Positions 1-11,924 of a stretch of 64,000 bases of DNA are shown one piece after another. Origin of the DNA: the human T2T-CHM13v2.0 reference genome, Homo sapiens; NCBI RefSeq assembly GCF_009914755.1, contig NC_060928.1; one strand, written 5' to 3'. Every line of letters begins with the position of its first letter. The first letter of the stretch is position 1. A program made the translations under genes and the position numbers. Under the pieces are notes generated by a model that saw nothing but the letters and a program-made list of their open reading frames with translations, made no database searches and was not told the DNA's origin.

Positions 1-594
1 TGTACTCTGACCTGCTCTCTAGCGGATTGTGTGTATCTCTTCTCTCCTGGGCTGAATTTTAATTTTCTCTTTGTACAGGGTTTAGCATAAGGAATGCGAT
101 CACCGTGTTTAATCACTAACTGAATGTACAGCTACATTCATGCATGCAGGGGAAAAGAGGTAGCAAGGGAATCATTTAAAACTATCAGCTGTTTCTTGGT
201 ACTCTGAATGTAATCAGGGGAATGGAGAGTTCTTGCTTTTTTTTTTTTAATTTGTTTTTATAATCTAAGCTTCTTGAAGGCAGAGATATATATCTTCATT
301 GAAGCAACCAAAAAATAAGTCATATCTGGGCTTAGAGAATGCCTAAGAACTAGAATCTAGGAACTAAGTTTTCTAGTTATGCTTCAGCTGCAAATTAAGT
401 GTTATCTTGAGCAAAGCATTTATCTCTCTGAGCCCACTTATTAATTTAAATATCAAGAAAATGTTATTTGTTGCTTTTCGGGGTTTTGTGACAAAGCCTA
501 TTCACATCTAAGAATTCATGAGCATGACTATAATATGACTTTTGGTATATTTATCATAGAATCATGAGATCGCCAGCCAGAGGGGGGAAAGGAA

Positions 595-810
595 GAGCTC
601 TAACTTTTATAAAGTGCCTGCTATGTTCGGGCACAGGTCTGGGTGTATTTCATGTAGTCCTGTGAGGAAGGTGCTATCATGATTAGAATGAAAGGAAGGT
701 TCAGAGGGGTTCACAAGGTTTCCTAAATCAAGCACGGCGTGAGCGGTCTAGCAGGGATTCCCACCCAGGTCAGATCAGGACACACCATGTGCTGTTCCCA
801 CCATGTCAAG
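595..810 (-). mobile_element. MIR SINE relic
   Basis: Degenerate reverse MIR core (cctgtgaggaaggtgctatcatg...gaaggttcagaggggtt...gggattcccacccaggtc); boundaries approximate. Confidence 0.55.
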
Positions 811-3043
811 GTTTGATACACCTTGCCATAACACATTTGGCACTAAATGAGGCTGGAGTTCGTTCTTTTGTTTGCAGCTCAAGGTAATTGATCTGAAAGT
901 GATGGAAAAAGTTAAAAGTACAACAGAAGCATACAGCATTATTAGAGTGAGTCTTCAATTTTCAGATCTTCTGAATCACAGGCTGCCTGCTATTGAATTC
1001 TGTTGTGTTAAGTAATAAATCTTATCAATTCTCTTAAACATAATGCTTCATTTTTTCTTCCTCTTACCACCACCAGCCTCTGAGCCTGGGCCTTCGTGGT
1101 TTGTCTCTTTTAGAACAGGCCACTAGAGGCTCTGTCCAATCCTATAAACAAACCTTCAAACTTTTCCAAAGTAATCTTTATATGTATCAAAGCTGATTAT
1201 GTTATGCCCAAATTAGGGAAAAAGTTAAATGATTGATTTAGCACCTAGTTCATGTCCGTGAAAATAACAGCATTTTTTTCATTACATTCTCTGCTGATAC
1301 ATATATATATGGTGTATATATACATGTATCTATATATACACACACATATAAGAACATGCAACACAATATATATCATATAAAAACATAGACACTAACAACA
1401 ATCAATAATAATAGTCTATGTGTGAATATTTCACAATTTCCATTCTTCTGTATTACTTCAATTAACTTTCCCTCACCAGCCTGTGAAGAAGCAGTACTGA
1501 TCCATATTTTATAGACAAGGAATAGAGGCTCAGGAAAGTTAAAAGGCTTGCCAACTATAATTAACCTTTGCTGGCTTTATTATGACCAGGCATGCCTCCA
1601 AATATTTTATATATGTCAGCCCATTGTATCTTCATGGGGTTGAAGCCAGGTGGGAGACAGGCTTTCCAAACCAAATTCTATCACCTTCCTTCACACATTC
1701 CCACCTTTCTGTGTGAGGTCCTGACCTGTTATTTCCCTCCTGCTTTGTTTCTCTTGGGATTGCTTATTTTGTGGGATATTTTGTCTTATAATCAAAACAG
1801 AATATAGTGTAAAGAATGTCACATGGGCAATAATTACATGGTGCTTTATAGGTTACGAATCAACTTTGCTGGAAATGTTTGATGTTTTCCTTTTCCTTAC
1901 AGTAACCCAAGGATATGATTATCTTTACACTTAAATTGTACAAGTTAAAACAAACAAAAAAAACAGAAGTTCAAGAAAGCCTTATATATCCTTAGTACTA
2001 GTCCACATGTTTTCCCTTCTTATTGCTATTACTCTCTGTCCACATTCTGTGAATGACCAATTATTTGTCCTGTCTCAATATTCTTTACCAATTTTAAAAG
2101 CTTATCAGGTAAAAAAGAAGATACCAGCCAGTCCAAATAGAGTAAGCATTTAACATACCACCTCTTCACTTCCACCTTGGTGTTATACCAGCAATCAACA
2201 CAGGTTTCCAGGGCTGAAATTAGGGAGATTACATTTTATGATGATGAAAATCTCTCTTTGGAGGGTAGCATTTTACCTTGTGTGCAATGAAAATCTGTTC
2301 TGACAGTTCCAATTATGAGAAACACTCCACCACTAACAGTTTGGCCGTGACTCACCTCCAAGTGTTTCCGTCTGCAACATCTGTCCAGTTTGCCTTTTCT
2401 TTTTTAAATCACAATTTAATTTTACATGGAGGATGCTTGTATAAAGCAAGACCCACACACCGTTTTATCAGGGAACCATTTAAAACAAGCATGTGATTTG
2501 GGATGCAGAAAATACTTCAGCCTCCAAAACTTTTCTAAACAGATTCTGGTCTTTTGTATCATTTCTGCCGTGGAGTAATAGGGCTAAGAGCTGAATTTTA
2601 TGCTCTCAGTAACTGAGAACACTAGTAGATGATGTACTTGTATTCATAAACCATGGTCCTAGCAGAATAATGTATCTCTTCTTTTAATATTCAGATTTTT
2701 TTACTTAGGTTTTTAGAGAGGCCTTGGTGTGCAGTCCCTTGTCAAGTTCAAGAGTTAGTTCTCCTGGATAATATTCCTCTCCCTTTATGACCACCATGAT
2801 TTATACATTACTTTTGTCATGGGGTATGTTCTTTGAGATTTTCTCAATAAGCTCTCTGAAGCTAGCATAAATTATCTTCTTAATATTTGAGAAATATTGT
2901 AGTTTTATGCAGTTCCTTAAGAACTCTGACCCTTTTTAAAGCTAATCCTAAATAAATTTTATTTCTAACCTCACTGTTTTACATACAAAAATTCATTGTG
3001 GCAGTGCAGTTACTTTTATGCTAGACCTTATTATATTAGAGGT

Positions 3044-5415
3044 TGATATGGTTTGGCTCTGTGTCCCCATCCAAATCTCATCTTGAATTGTAGTTCCCTA
3101 TCGTAATCCCCACATGTCATGGGAGGGACCCGGTGAGGGGTGTTTAAGTCATGGGGGTGGTTACCCTCATGCTGTTCTCATGATAGTGAGTGAGTTCTCA
3201 CAAGATCTGATGGTTTTATAAGGGCCTTTTCCCCGTTTGTTTTGCTCGGCACTTCTCCTTCCAGCCACCATATGAAGAAAGATGTGTTTGCTTCCACTTC
3301 TGCCATGATTGTAAGTCTTTTGAGGCCTCTGCAGCCATGCTAAACTTTGAGTCAATTAAAACTCTTTCCTTTATAAGTTGCTCAGTCTTGGGTATGTCTT
3401 TATTAGCAGCATGAGAATGGACTAATACAGTAAATTGGCACCAATGGAATAGGGTGCTGCTATAAAAATACCCAAAAATGTGGAAGCTACTGGAACTGGG
3501 TAACAAGCAGAGGTTGGAAGCATTTGGAGGTCTCAGAAGAAGACAGGAAAATGTGGGAGAGTTTAGAACTTCCTAGAGACTTGGAGGACTCAGGAGACAG
3601 GAAAATTTGGAAAAGTTTGGAACTTCCTGGAGACTTATTGAATGGATCTGACCAAAATGCTGTTAGTGTTAAGGACAATGAAGTCCAGGCTGAGGTGGTC
3701 TCAGATGGAGATGAAAAACATCTTGGGAACTGGAGTAAAGGTGACTCTTGCTATGCAAAGAGAATAGTGGCATTTCCCCAGCTGCCCTAGAGATCTGTGG
3801 AACTTTGAACTTGAGAGAGATGATTTAGGGTATCTGGCAGAAGAAATTTCTCAGCCACAAAGCATTGAAGAAGACACAGAGCATAAAAATTTGGAAAATT
3901 TGCAGCCTGACAATGTGATATAAAAGAAAACTCCATTTTCTGGGGATAAATTCAAACCTGCTGCAGAAATTTGCATAAGTAACAAGGAGTCAGAGTTAAT
4001 CACCAAGACACTGGGGAAAATGTCTCCAGGACATGTCAAAGACCTTCACAGCAGCCCCTCCCATCACAGGCTCAAAGGCTTAGGGGGGAAAAATGGTTCC
4101 TTAGGCTAGGCCCAGGGCCTTGCTGCTGTATGCAGCCTCAGGACTTGATACCCTGCTTTCCAACTGTTCCAGCCATGGCTACAAGGGGCCAAGGTACAGC
4201 TCAGGCTGTTGTTTCAGAGGATGCAAGCCTCAAGCCTCAAGCCTCAAGCCTTCTCAGCTTCCACATGGTGTTGAGTCTGTGGGTGCACAGAAGTCAAGAA
4301 TTGATGTTTGGTAACCTCCACCTAGATTTCACCAACACCTAGGATGTATGGAAATGCCTTGATGTATGCCTTGATGTTCAGGTAGAAGTTTGCTGCAGAG
4401 GTGGAGCCCTCATAGAGAACGTCTGCTAGGAAGGTGCAGAAGGGAAATGTGGGGTCGGAGCCCCCACACAGTCCCCAGTGGGGCAGTGCCTAGTGGAGCT
4501 GTGAGGAGAGGGCCACTGTCCTCCACATCCCAGAATGGCAGATCCACTGACAGCTTGCACTGTGTGCCTGGGAAAACTGCAGGCACTCGATGCCAGCCCA
4601 TGAAAGCAGCCAGGAAGGGGCTATACTCCTCAAAGTCACAGGAAGGAGATGCTCACAGTCATGGGAACCCAACTGTTGTGTCAGCATGCCCTGATGTGAA
4701 ACATGGAGTCAAAGGAGATCATTTTGGATCTTTAAAGTTTAATGACTGCCCTATTGGATTTTGGACTTGCATGGGGCCTGTAGCCCCTTTGTTGTAACCA
4801 ATTTCTCTTATTTGTAATGGGTGTGTTTACCCAATACCTGTGCCCCCATTGTATCTAGGAAGTAACTAACTTGCTTTGATTTTATTGGCTCATAGGTGGA
4901 AGGGACTTGCCTTGTCTCAAATGAAACTTTGGCCTTGGATTTTTGGGTTAATGCTGGAATTAGTTAAGACTTTGGGGACTGTTGGAAGGGCTTGATTGTG
5001 TTTTGAAATGTGAGGGCATGAGATTTGGAAGGGGTTGGGGGCAGAATGATATGGTTTGGCTCTGCGTTCCCACCCAAAACTCACCTTGAATTGTAGTTCC
5101 TATAATCCCTATGTGTCATGGGAGGGACCCAGTAGGAGGTAATTTAATCATGGAGGTGATTACCCTCATGCTGTTCTCATGATACAGAGTGAGAACAAGA
5201 TCAGATTGTTTTATAAGGGACTTTTCCTCCCTTTGCTCATTCTTCTTCCTGCTACCATGTGAAGAAGGATGTGTTTGGTTCTCCTTCTGCCATAAGCGTA
5301 AGTTTCCAGAGGCCTCCCTATCCGTGAGGAACTATGAGTCAATTACTCCTCTTTTCTTTATAAATTACCCAGTCTCAGGCAGTTCTTTATAGCAGCATGA
5401 GCATGAACTAATACC
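3044..5415 (+). mobile_element. Full-length THE1C (ERVL-MaLR) element: 5' LTR 3044-3429, internal 3430-5046, 3' LTR 5047-5415
   Basis: Both LTRs start TGATATGGTTTGGCT and end CTAATAC(A/C). Internal region starts GTAAATTGG and ends in a purine-rich tract. Perfect 5-bp TSD GAGGT at 3039-3043 and 5416-5420. ORF 3524-3790 (SEEDRKMWESLELPRDL) is the MaLR internal ORF remnant. Confidence 0.95.
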
Positions 5416-5559
5416 GAGGTTATGTGACTACGAGTGTGATACATGAGTACAGAGAGTATGTCTTATTAATTTCAAAATCCCCAGTACTTTAACTCATCTA
5501 TACCTCGATCTAGAATCATACAGTCTTTAATTAGTGAGATTTCTTAAGATTATCTCCTA

Positions 5560-5765
5560 GATCAGCCTCTAACTACTATTTGACCTTGGATATGTGTCTT
5601 AACCTTTCTGAGTCTCAATTTCTGCATCTGTAAAAAAGGGCTACTAATGGCACTTACACATTTTGGTGGCAGATTAAATAAAACTGAGTTAATTTATCTG
5701 ATTTTAAGTGTAGAACACTGTGACTGACACAAAGCAATTGTATAAAAATAGTAGTTATTATTATT
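5560..5765 (+). mobile_element. MIR SINE relic
   Basis: tgaccttgga...cttaacctttctgagtctcaatttctgcatctgtaaaa MIR core. Confidence 0.7.
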
Positions 5766-7021
5766 AGACATGGTTAGACATGGAGTCTACTAAAAGTTTA
5801 CTAAATTAATCTTGAATACAGTTGGACAATACACAATTCTGTAAACAGAATTTTCTGTTACTATAAAATTATAGAGAAGTGACTGCGATGTAGTGAAAAG
5901 AATAAATGTATTTATTATCAGACATACTGGCTTTGAGTCACTGCTCTCTGACTTATTAGTGGGCAAGTTTTCCCATCACTCTGAGGTTTGTGGACATTCA
6001 TTGGTAATCATGGATAGTACTAATAATCACTGCCTATTGTCATGAGGACTGTATCTGTGGATACATTCTCCAGGGCAGAGTTTTTCAAATTTTAAATCCA
6101 AAAGCTTTTATTCAAAGGACTTTTCTTCTCAAAGAGAGCCCAAAGAATAAGCAAAGAAAACAAATAAAAACAGAGCTGAAGTTATGGGCTTGAAACAGGG
6201 ATGAATGAGATAGAGCCCAGGATGCTCTGATCCCACCCATCCCACACTTTACCCCATTCCCTTCCCAGCAACCAGACAGTTAGAAAAGCATTACTCCAGG
6301 AGAAGGAAACTGTGAACCAATAAAAGATTATCATGCCACAAGGCATGAGTATGCCGGAAAATTTCTCCTCTATCTCTCTTTTTGTGGTTGCAAATATTTC
6401 TACCACGCATCATACTCTTCCTGGATTTGGGAAGAGGATCCTAGTGACCCTAACTAGGGAGGCTTTTGGGAAGACCAGGGCTTTTTCAGAGCTCCAGGGT
6501 AACCAGACTTTGCACCAGTAAGCACTGTTTAGGCTACAGATGGTGGTGAAGAAAACATGGAAAATTGGCATCTGGCAGCTACTGAACTGAGAACAATCCA
6601 GAGAATTAGGATTTTCATGGCAGAGTCCTGGTATCATGAAAGTAATCTCTGTTTATCAAGCTCTATTTGATTTGGCTTTCCCTCAAATGATTAATTTCAT
6701 TGATGGTTAACGCATTTGATTGTCAAGGAAGAGACGATAAAATAATATTAAAATTGAGAACTTTCAAGACCAATTTGTTTGAAAATTTTTGTTTTACAAA
6801 CAGAGATGTTAACACCCAGGGAATTAAATGACTTTTCCAACTATCATACATAGTAAAGTGACTTGGCTCAATCTGAGTGTGCCTTGGGGAAATTAATCAG
6901 AAAAACTCTGTTGTTGTTAAGATGGTGGAATGATCTCTCCGGCTGACTCTCACACCTTTAATGTGTGTGATAAGGAAGAGAAAACACACATATTTACTTT
7001 TGAAAGAGGTTCAGTCAGAGC

Positions 7022-7186
7022 TAGACAGATAGATAGATGGAGGGATAGATAGGTTGATGAATGTATAGATAGATAAATAGATGGATAGATAAATAGGTAG
7101 ATCAATGGATAGATGATGGATAGACAGAGGGATAGATAGATGATAGATGAATAGATAGATGGACAGATAGATAAATGGATAGATGA
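7022..7186. repeat. Degenerate (TAGA/GATA)n tetranucleotide repeat
   Basis: Interrupted gata/gatg/gaca units seen directly; explains ORFs 6950-7204 and 7011-7256. Confidence 0.95.
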
Positions 7187-7189
7187 CAC

Positions 7190-7440
7190 ATGAATGTTTA
7201 ACATCTTTGATAGACTCCAATGTGTCAGGTGGTGTTCTAAGTGCCTTATCCATCATGTTTTATTTACTTTTTACAACAGCCCTATGAAATTATTTTATAT
7301 CATTATCCTCATTTTTCAGATGAAGAAATTGAGGCACTGAGAAGTTAGCTATTTTGCATAAGGTCAACCAGCTAGTATAGCAGGGTAGAATAAGACTTGG
7401 GAAATCTGACTCCATATCCCTGATATATAACTACTTTGCC
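7190..7440 (-). mobile_element. MIR SINE
   Basis: acaacagccctatga...attatcctcatttttcagatgaagaaattgaggcactgagaagtt reverse MIR core. Confidence 0.8.
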
Positions 7441-8687
7441 ATCCTACTGAGGAGAGAGATCCTAAACCCTCCAGAGAGGGCTTGGGACATAAGGAGAGGA
7501 TGGGACATTATACATGGTCCCTTGGTGTGATGAGCTGATCCCCAGGTATCACCTCCAAGCTTTGACCACCAGTCTGGAGCTTACTGTCCTACACACTCAC
7601 CCTCTTCCTTCTACCCCTCCTGCCACACACACATCACTGCAGTCTTGAGTCCCTCTGGACCTCAGTTTCTACCTCTCTTCCTTTGGAAATGTCTGCTTTT
7701 CCCCCAGTCATTCTTGCAGCTCATTCTTGCTTAGGTTGTCAGTTGTAACTCTTCCACCTTCACTTGTTTCCATGGCTAGATTAGGTAAGATAGAATTCAG
7801 GGCCCCAGGGATATCCTCATCCAGTGCCAAGAGTACAAGTGACAGCTGACTTTCCGGTTTCCAGATGATGTTGGAACACATCTGGATGGCAACTCCATCT
7901 CTATGCTGGTGTCTTGCCTGGGAGGCAAAGTTCACATGGGGAAGGTGAGTGAGCTGCCATGCTTAAGAGAGTTGTATCTTAGGGGCCTGGGAAGGCTGGC
8001 TGAGATGGAGCCTGACAAAAGAATTTTCCCTCATGGTAGGAAGATGATACTTGCCCAGGAAACACTGGTAGAGAAACATTCTGGTCTTCAACTGTAACCC
8101 TGGCATATCAATATGACCACTTTTATATGGAGGGGACACATTTATGTAGCCAGCTGAAGTTCCCGCAGCTTTACTGGCATAGACCCCCCATGTCTTTGTC
8201 TGTGCTGCTAGGCTTAGAATTTTCCACTTTGTCCATGAAGGGACTTTCCACCATGGCTTATGCCCCTCACCAAAAGATAGACAATTATAAAACTGTGCCA
8301 TGACTGCTACAATAGGGTGCTGTTGCAGTACTCTGGGATTATAAAATAGTACTTAAGGTTGGAGTCAGCAAAGACTTTTTGAGACTAGGAATCCCTAGCA
8401 TTTAAAAATCCTGCTGAGTTTCTCACACATGCCCCACACTATAGTGCCTTCAGCTCTTGCAAGTTTGTTTCTCAGCTCTTGTGACTATTGCTGGATCTCC
8501 CCTGTCTTTGTGCCTGTGCCTGCTTGCTGCTCCTGTTTGTGCCTGTTTGTCAGTGATATAGCTCAACAGTTTGCTGCTTCCCATAGGCTCAGGAGAGAGC
8601 AGTCTCTCACTTCCTGATAAGCCATGTGTGGTGTCTCCTCCTCTGTTTGCCTGGCTCTGCAGCTCTCCCCATTTCTCTTTATCTTGG

Positions 8688-9452
8688 TGTCAATAAAAAG
8701 AGTCAAACTCTGTAAAATATTCAAAGAGATTTATTCTGAGACAAATATGAGTGACCTTGGCCCGTGACACAGCCCTCAGGAGGTCCTGAGAACATGTGCC
8801 CAAGGTGGTCGGGGTGCAGCTTGGTTTTATACATTTTAGGGACACATGAAACATCAATCAAATAAAGAAATACATTGGTTTGGCCCAGACAGATGGGGCA
8901 CATTAAAGTGGGGGCTTCCAGGCTATAGGTAAATTTAAACATTTTCTGGTTGACAATTGGTTGAGTTTGTCTAAAGACCTGGGATTGATAGAAAGAAAAT
9001 GTTCAGGTTAAAATGAAAGACTGTGGAGACAAAGGTTCCTTTGAAGTCTTATAGTGGCTGCCTTTAGAGACAATAGATGACAAATGTTTCCTATTCAGAT
9101 CTTTAAAAGATGCTACACTTTTAGTTAATCTTTTTAGGATTGGGAGGGCCTAGAAGAAAAAGATCTAGCTGTGTTAATAGACATTCTTTACAGATGCAAA
9201 TTTTCCCCCAAAAAGGATAGCTTTGCAGAGCCATTTTAAGATATGGCGAATAAACACGTTTTGGGGTAAAATATTTTTATTTTCTTCCTTTTCTTGTAAT
9301 GTTATGCTAGAGTCAGGTTGGAAAGTCAAGTCATGATAAACAGGTTAAATAAAACCCATCTGATGAGAATTTATGGTTTGTAGGGCATGAATCCCCAGGC
9401 CTGTTAGATAGGAATTTGGGCAAGATAAAAAAAATCAGAGCTTAGTCCTCAC
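8688..9452 (-). mobile_element. MER4E-like ERV1 solo LTR
   Basis: Minus strand starts TGAGGACTAAGCTCTGA and ends ...TTGACA; MER4 family core; 4-bp TSD TTGG (8684-8687) / CTGG (9453-9456), one mismatch. Confidence 0.85.
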
Positions 9453-9540
9453 TGGTCTTACGGACCTTCTTTCTACAGGCCTCATTCTCTACTATTAAAA
9501 GGATGAATATTTAAAACATAAAAAGTTCCTTTCTAAGTAA

Positions 9541-10275
9541 GGTCCAGTCCCACTCAAGATGGATTGCCCTTTTGTAGAAATATATTGCTATAGAATGGGT
9601 TCCTAAGAAATAGATCCTGATACAAAGTTCAGAGTACAGGACATTTATTCAGTAGTGATCTTGATATCAGTGCCCCTGGAAGGAACAGGAGGAAAGCAGC
9701 ATAAGGCAGAGAGACAAGTAGAACCTTCCACACAGTCCGTGTGATGCAAATGCAGCTGGTCCTACGGGAAGATGTGGAGCTGCTGTGGCTCTTCAGACTT
9801 GTCCAAAGTTGGGCCAAGATGACCAGATCCCTACTACAGTCCCACATCAATCAGTCACTGGATATGTGTCACCCTAAGATGGTACATAATCTTGGAATCT
9901 CAGCAGTTAAAGCAATCCTTGAAAGGGCTAAGAGCTGAAAGTTGTGTACTGACAGCACTCCCAGCAGAGGGGGCACTATGGCCTTCATGCAAGGCTGATG
10001 TGGTTGGTGCATCACAGGGACCCTACCCTTGTTAAAATCCCCCCTCTGTTAAACCTAGGATTTATTATTATTTAACCACTCCATGTCCAACATTACTTAG
10101 GATGGTCCTTTGAGGTCCAGTCCTACACAAGATGGATTGTCCGTTTGTAGAAATGCATTGCTACAGAATGGGTTCCTAGGAAGAAGATCCTGAGACAAAG
10201 TTCAGGGTGCAGGACATTTATTCAGGAGTGATCTGGAGATCAGTGCCCCTGGAAGGTACAGGATGAAAGCAGCAT
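9541..10275 (+). repeat. Local direct duplication, 162 bp: copy 1 9541-9702, copy 2 10114-10275
   Basis: Ungapped manual alignment, about 18 mismatches in 162 (~89%). Confidence 0.9.
9586..10020 (-). mobile_element. LTR16-like ERVL LTR
   Basis: gggttcctaagaaatagatcctga...caggacatttattcagtagtgatcttgatatcagtgcccctggaagg resembles the reverse LTR16 3' end; old and diverged. Confidence 0.6.
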
Positions 10276-10295
10276 GGACACACTAAAAACATAGT

Positions 10296-10740
10296 GTGTC
10301 CATTGAGGTCCTCTGGAAAGCAGAGGCCAAGATAGAGTTACAAGGAATGTATTAGGGGGAGGCGTGCCTGTGAAGGATAAGAGGCGGAATGCATGTGGGT
10401 AGGTGGGGAAAGTCGGCCAATCTCAGGGTAGGTCTAGAATCAGGGAGAGAGAGAGGTAGAGCCTCAGGTGGCAGAGCAGCTCTGAGAGAGTCTTGATCAA
10501 TGATTGGGAGTCCAGATTAAAGCAGAGGTTCTGCCTAGGCAGGATAGCCATCCCTAGTATCTGTAATGTGCTCAGTTGATGACGAGAAGCAGCCCTAGGA
10601 GGGTGTGATCTAAGAGTGCACCCTGCAGAAGATCCCAAAGATGTGGCAGCTGGAGGCTGTAGCTTCACTCCTTGAAGCAGGCTGCCTCATGAAGGGAGTG
10701 CTGGGTGGCACACCTTCATGGCTCTTGCAAGGAAAGACCA
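10296..10740 (-). mobile_element. LTR16B-like ERVL LTR
   Basis: gaaagcagaggccaagata...tattagggggaggcgtgcctgtgaaggataagagg resembles LTR16-family reverse sequence. Confidence 0.5.
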
Positions 10741-10933
10741 AAAAATGCCTAAGACAGCACCTGACCTTATATGATGGTGTAGCCAGTGTGCTTTGGGAAA
10801 TCCACTATGATTCGCTCTCTTTGATAATTGTCCCATCCCACGCTGAAGCAGGGTGAGCTGGAGCGTCATGTAACATTTTAACCATGGGATCTTTCTCCAA
10901 TGGATCCTAGGAATAGGAATGGAATCTTTAAAC

Positions 10934-11369
10934 TGTGAAAGGAAAATAAATCTTGGGGCCCCCAAATCACTAAGCTAAAGGGAAAAGTCAAGCTGGGAAC
11001 TGCTTTGGGCAAACTTGCCTCCCATTCCTCTGCTCACTGAGATAAATGCATATCTCCTTGCCTCCTTCGGAAAGACTAATCAGAAACTCAAAAGAATGCA
11101 ACTGTTTTTCTCTTCCCTACCTGTGACCTGGAAGCCCCCTCCCTGATTCGAGTTATCTTGCCTTTCCGGACAGAACCAATGTACATGTTACATATATTGA
11201 TTGATTTCTCATGTTTCCCTAAAATGTATAAAACCAAGCTGTGCCTCGACCACCTTGGGCACATGTCATCAGGACCTCCTGTGGCTGTGTCATGGGTGTA
11301 CATCCTTAAGTTTAGCAAAATTAACTTTTTAAATTAACTGACAGCGGTCTCAGATATGCAGGGTTCATA
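10934..11369 (+). mobile_element. MER4A1-like ERV1 solo LTR
   Basis: Starts TGTGAAAGGAAAATAAATCTTGGGG...GGGAAAAGTCAAGCTGGGAACTGC; perfect 4-bp TSD AAAC at 10930-10933 and 11370-11373. Confidence 0.9.
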
Positions 11370-11424
11370 AAACCAACTAAGCTAAACTTAACTTTTGTAT
11401 ATTTGAAAATTTAGAAGTAGAAAT

Positions 11425-11769
11425 CTATATTACCCTGCTGATAAATACATACCAGAGGCTGGGCAATTTACAAAAGAAAGAGGTTTAATTGGACTTACAG
11501 TTCCACATGGCTGAGGAAGCCTCACAATCATGGCAGAAGGTAAGAAAGAGCAAGACACGTCTTACATGGATGGCAGCAGGCAAGGAGAGAGAACTTGTGC
11601 AGGGGAACTCTTCTCTATAAAACAGATCAGATCTTGTGAGACCTATTTACTATCATGAGAACAGCATGGGAAAGACTTCCCCCATGATTCAATTATCTCC
11701 CACCAGGTGCCTCCCACAACACATAAGAATTCAAGATGAGATTTGGGTGGGGGCACAGCCAAACCATCA
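11425..11769 (-). mobile_element. THE1B solo LTR
   Basis: gctgggcaatttacaaaagaaagaggtttaattggacttacagttccacatggctg...cacagccaaaccatca = reverse THE1B. Confidence 0.9.
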
Positions 11770-11924
11770 AATATTCATTGTGTCTATTTATAATCATGGT
11801 AGCACAGTGGTTTAAAGGCCGACTTTGGGGCAAGACTGCCTGGGAGTAAATCCTGTTCCAGCCACTGTCTACTCCCAAGACTGATGTACTTTGGCCACTT
11901 CTGAGTATGTAACCTGCTGTCAAT

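Noticed and set aside
3524-4797. ORFs within THE1C-int as a gene
   Set aside because: Fragmented MaLR internal ORF with stops and frameshifts
9960-9980. CTCF-like ccagcagagggggcac (similar at ~1119 and ~59120)
   Set aside because: Spacing or 3' core does not fit CCASYAGRKGGCRS
11505-11525. PRDM9 hotspot motif in THE1B
   Set aside because: Reads atggctgaggaag rather than GTGGCTAGGGAGG (reverse of CCTCCCTAGCCAC)
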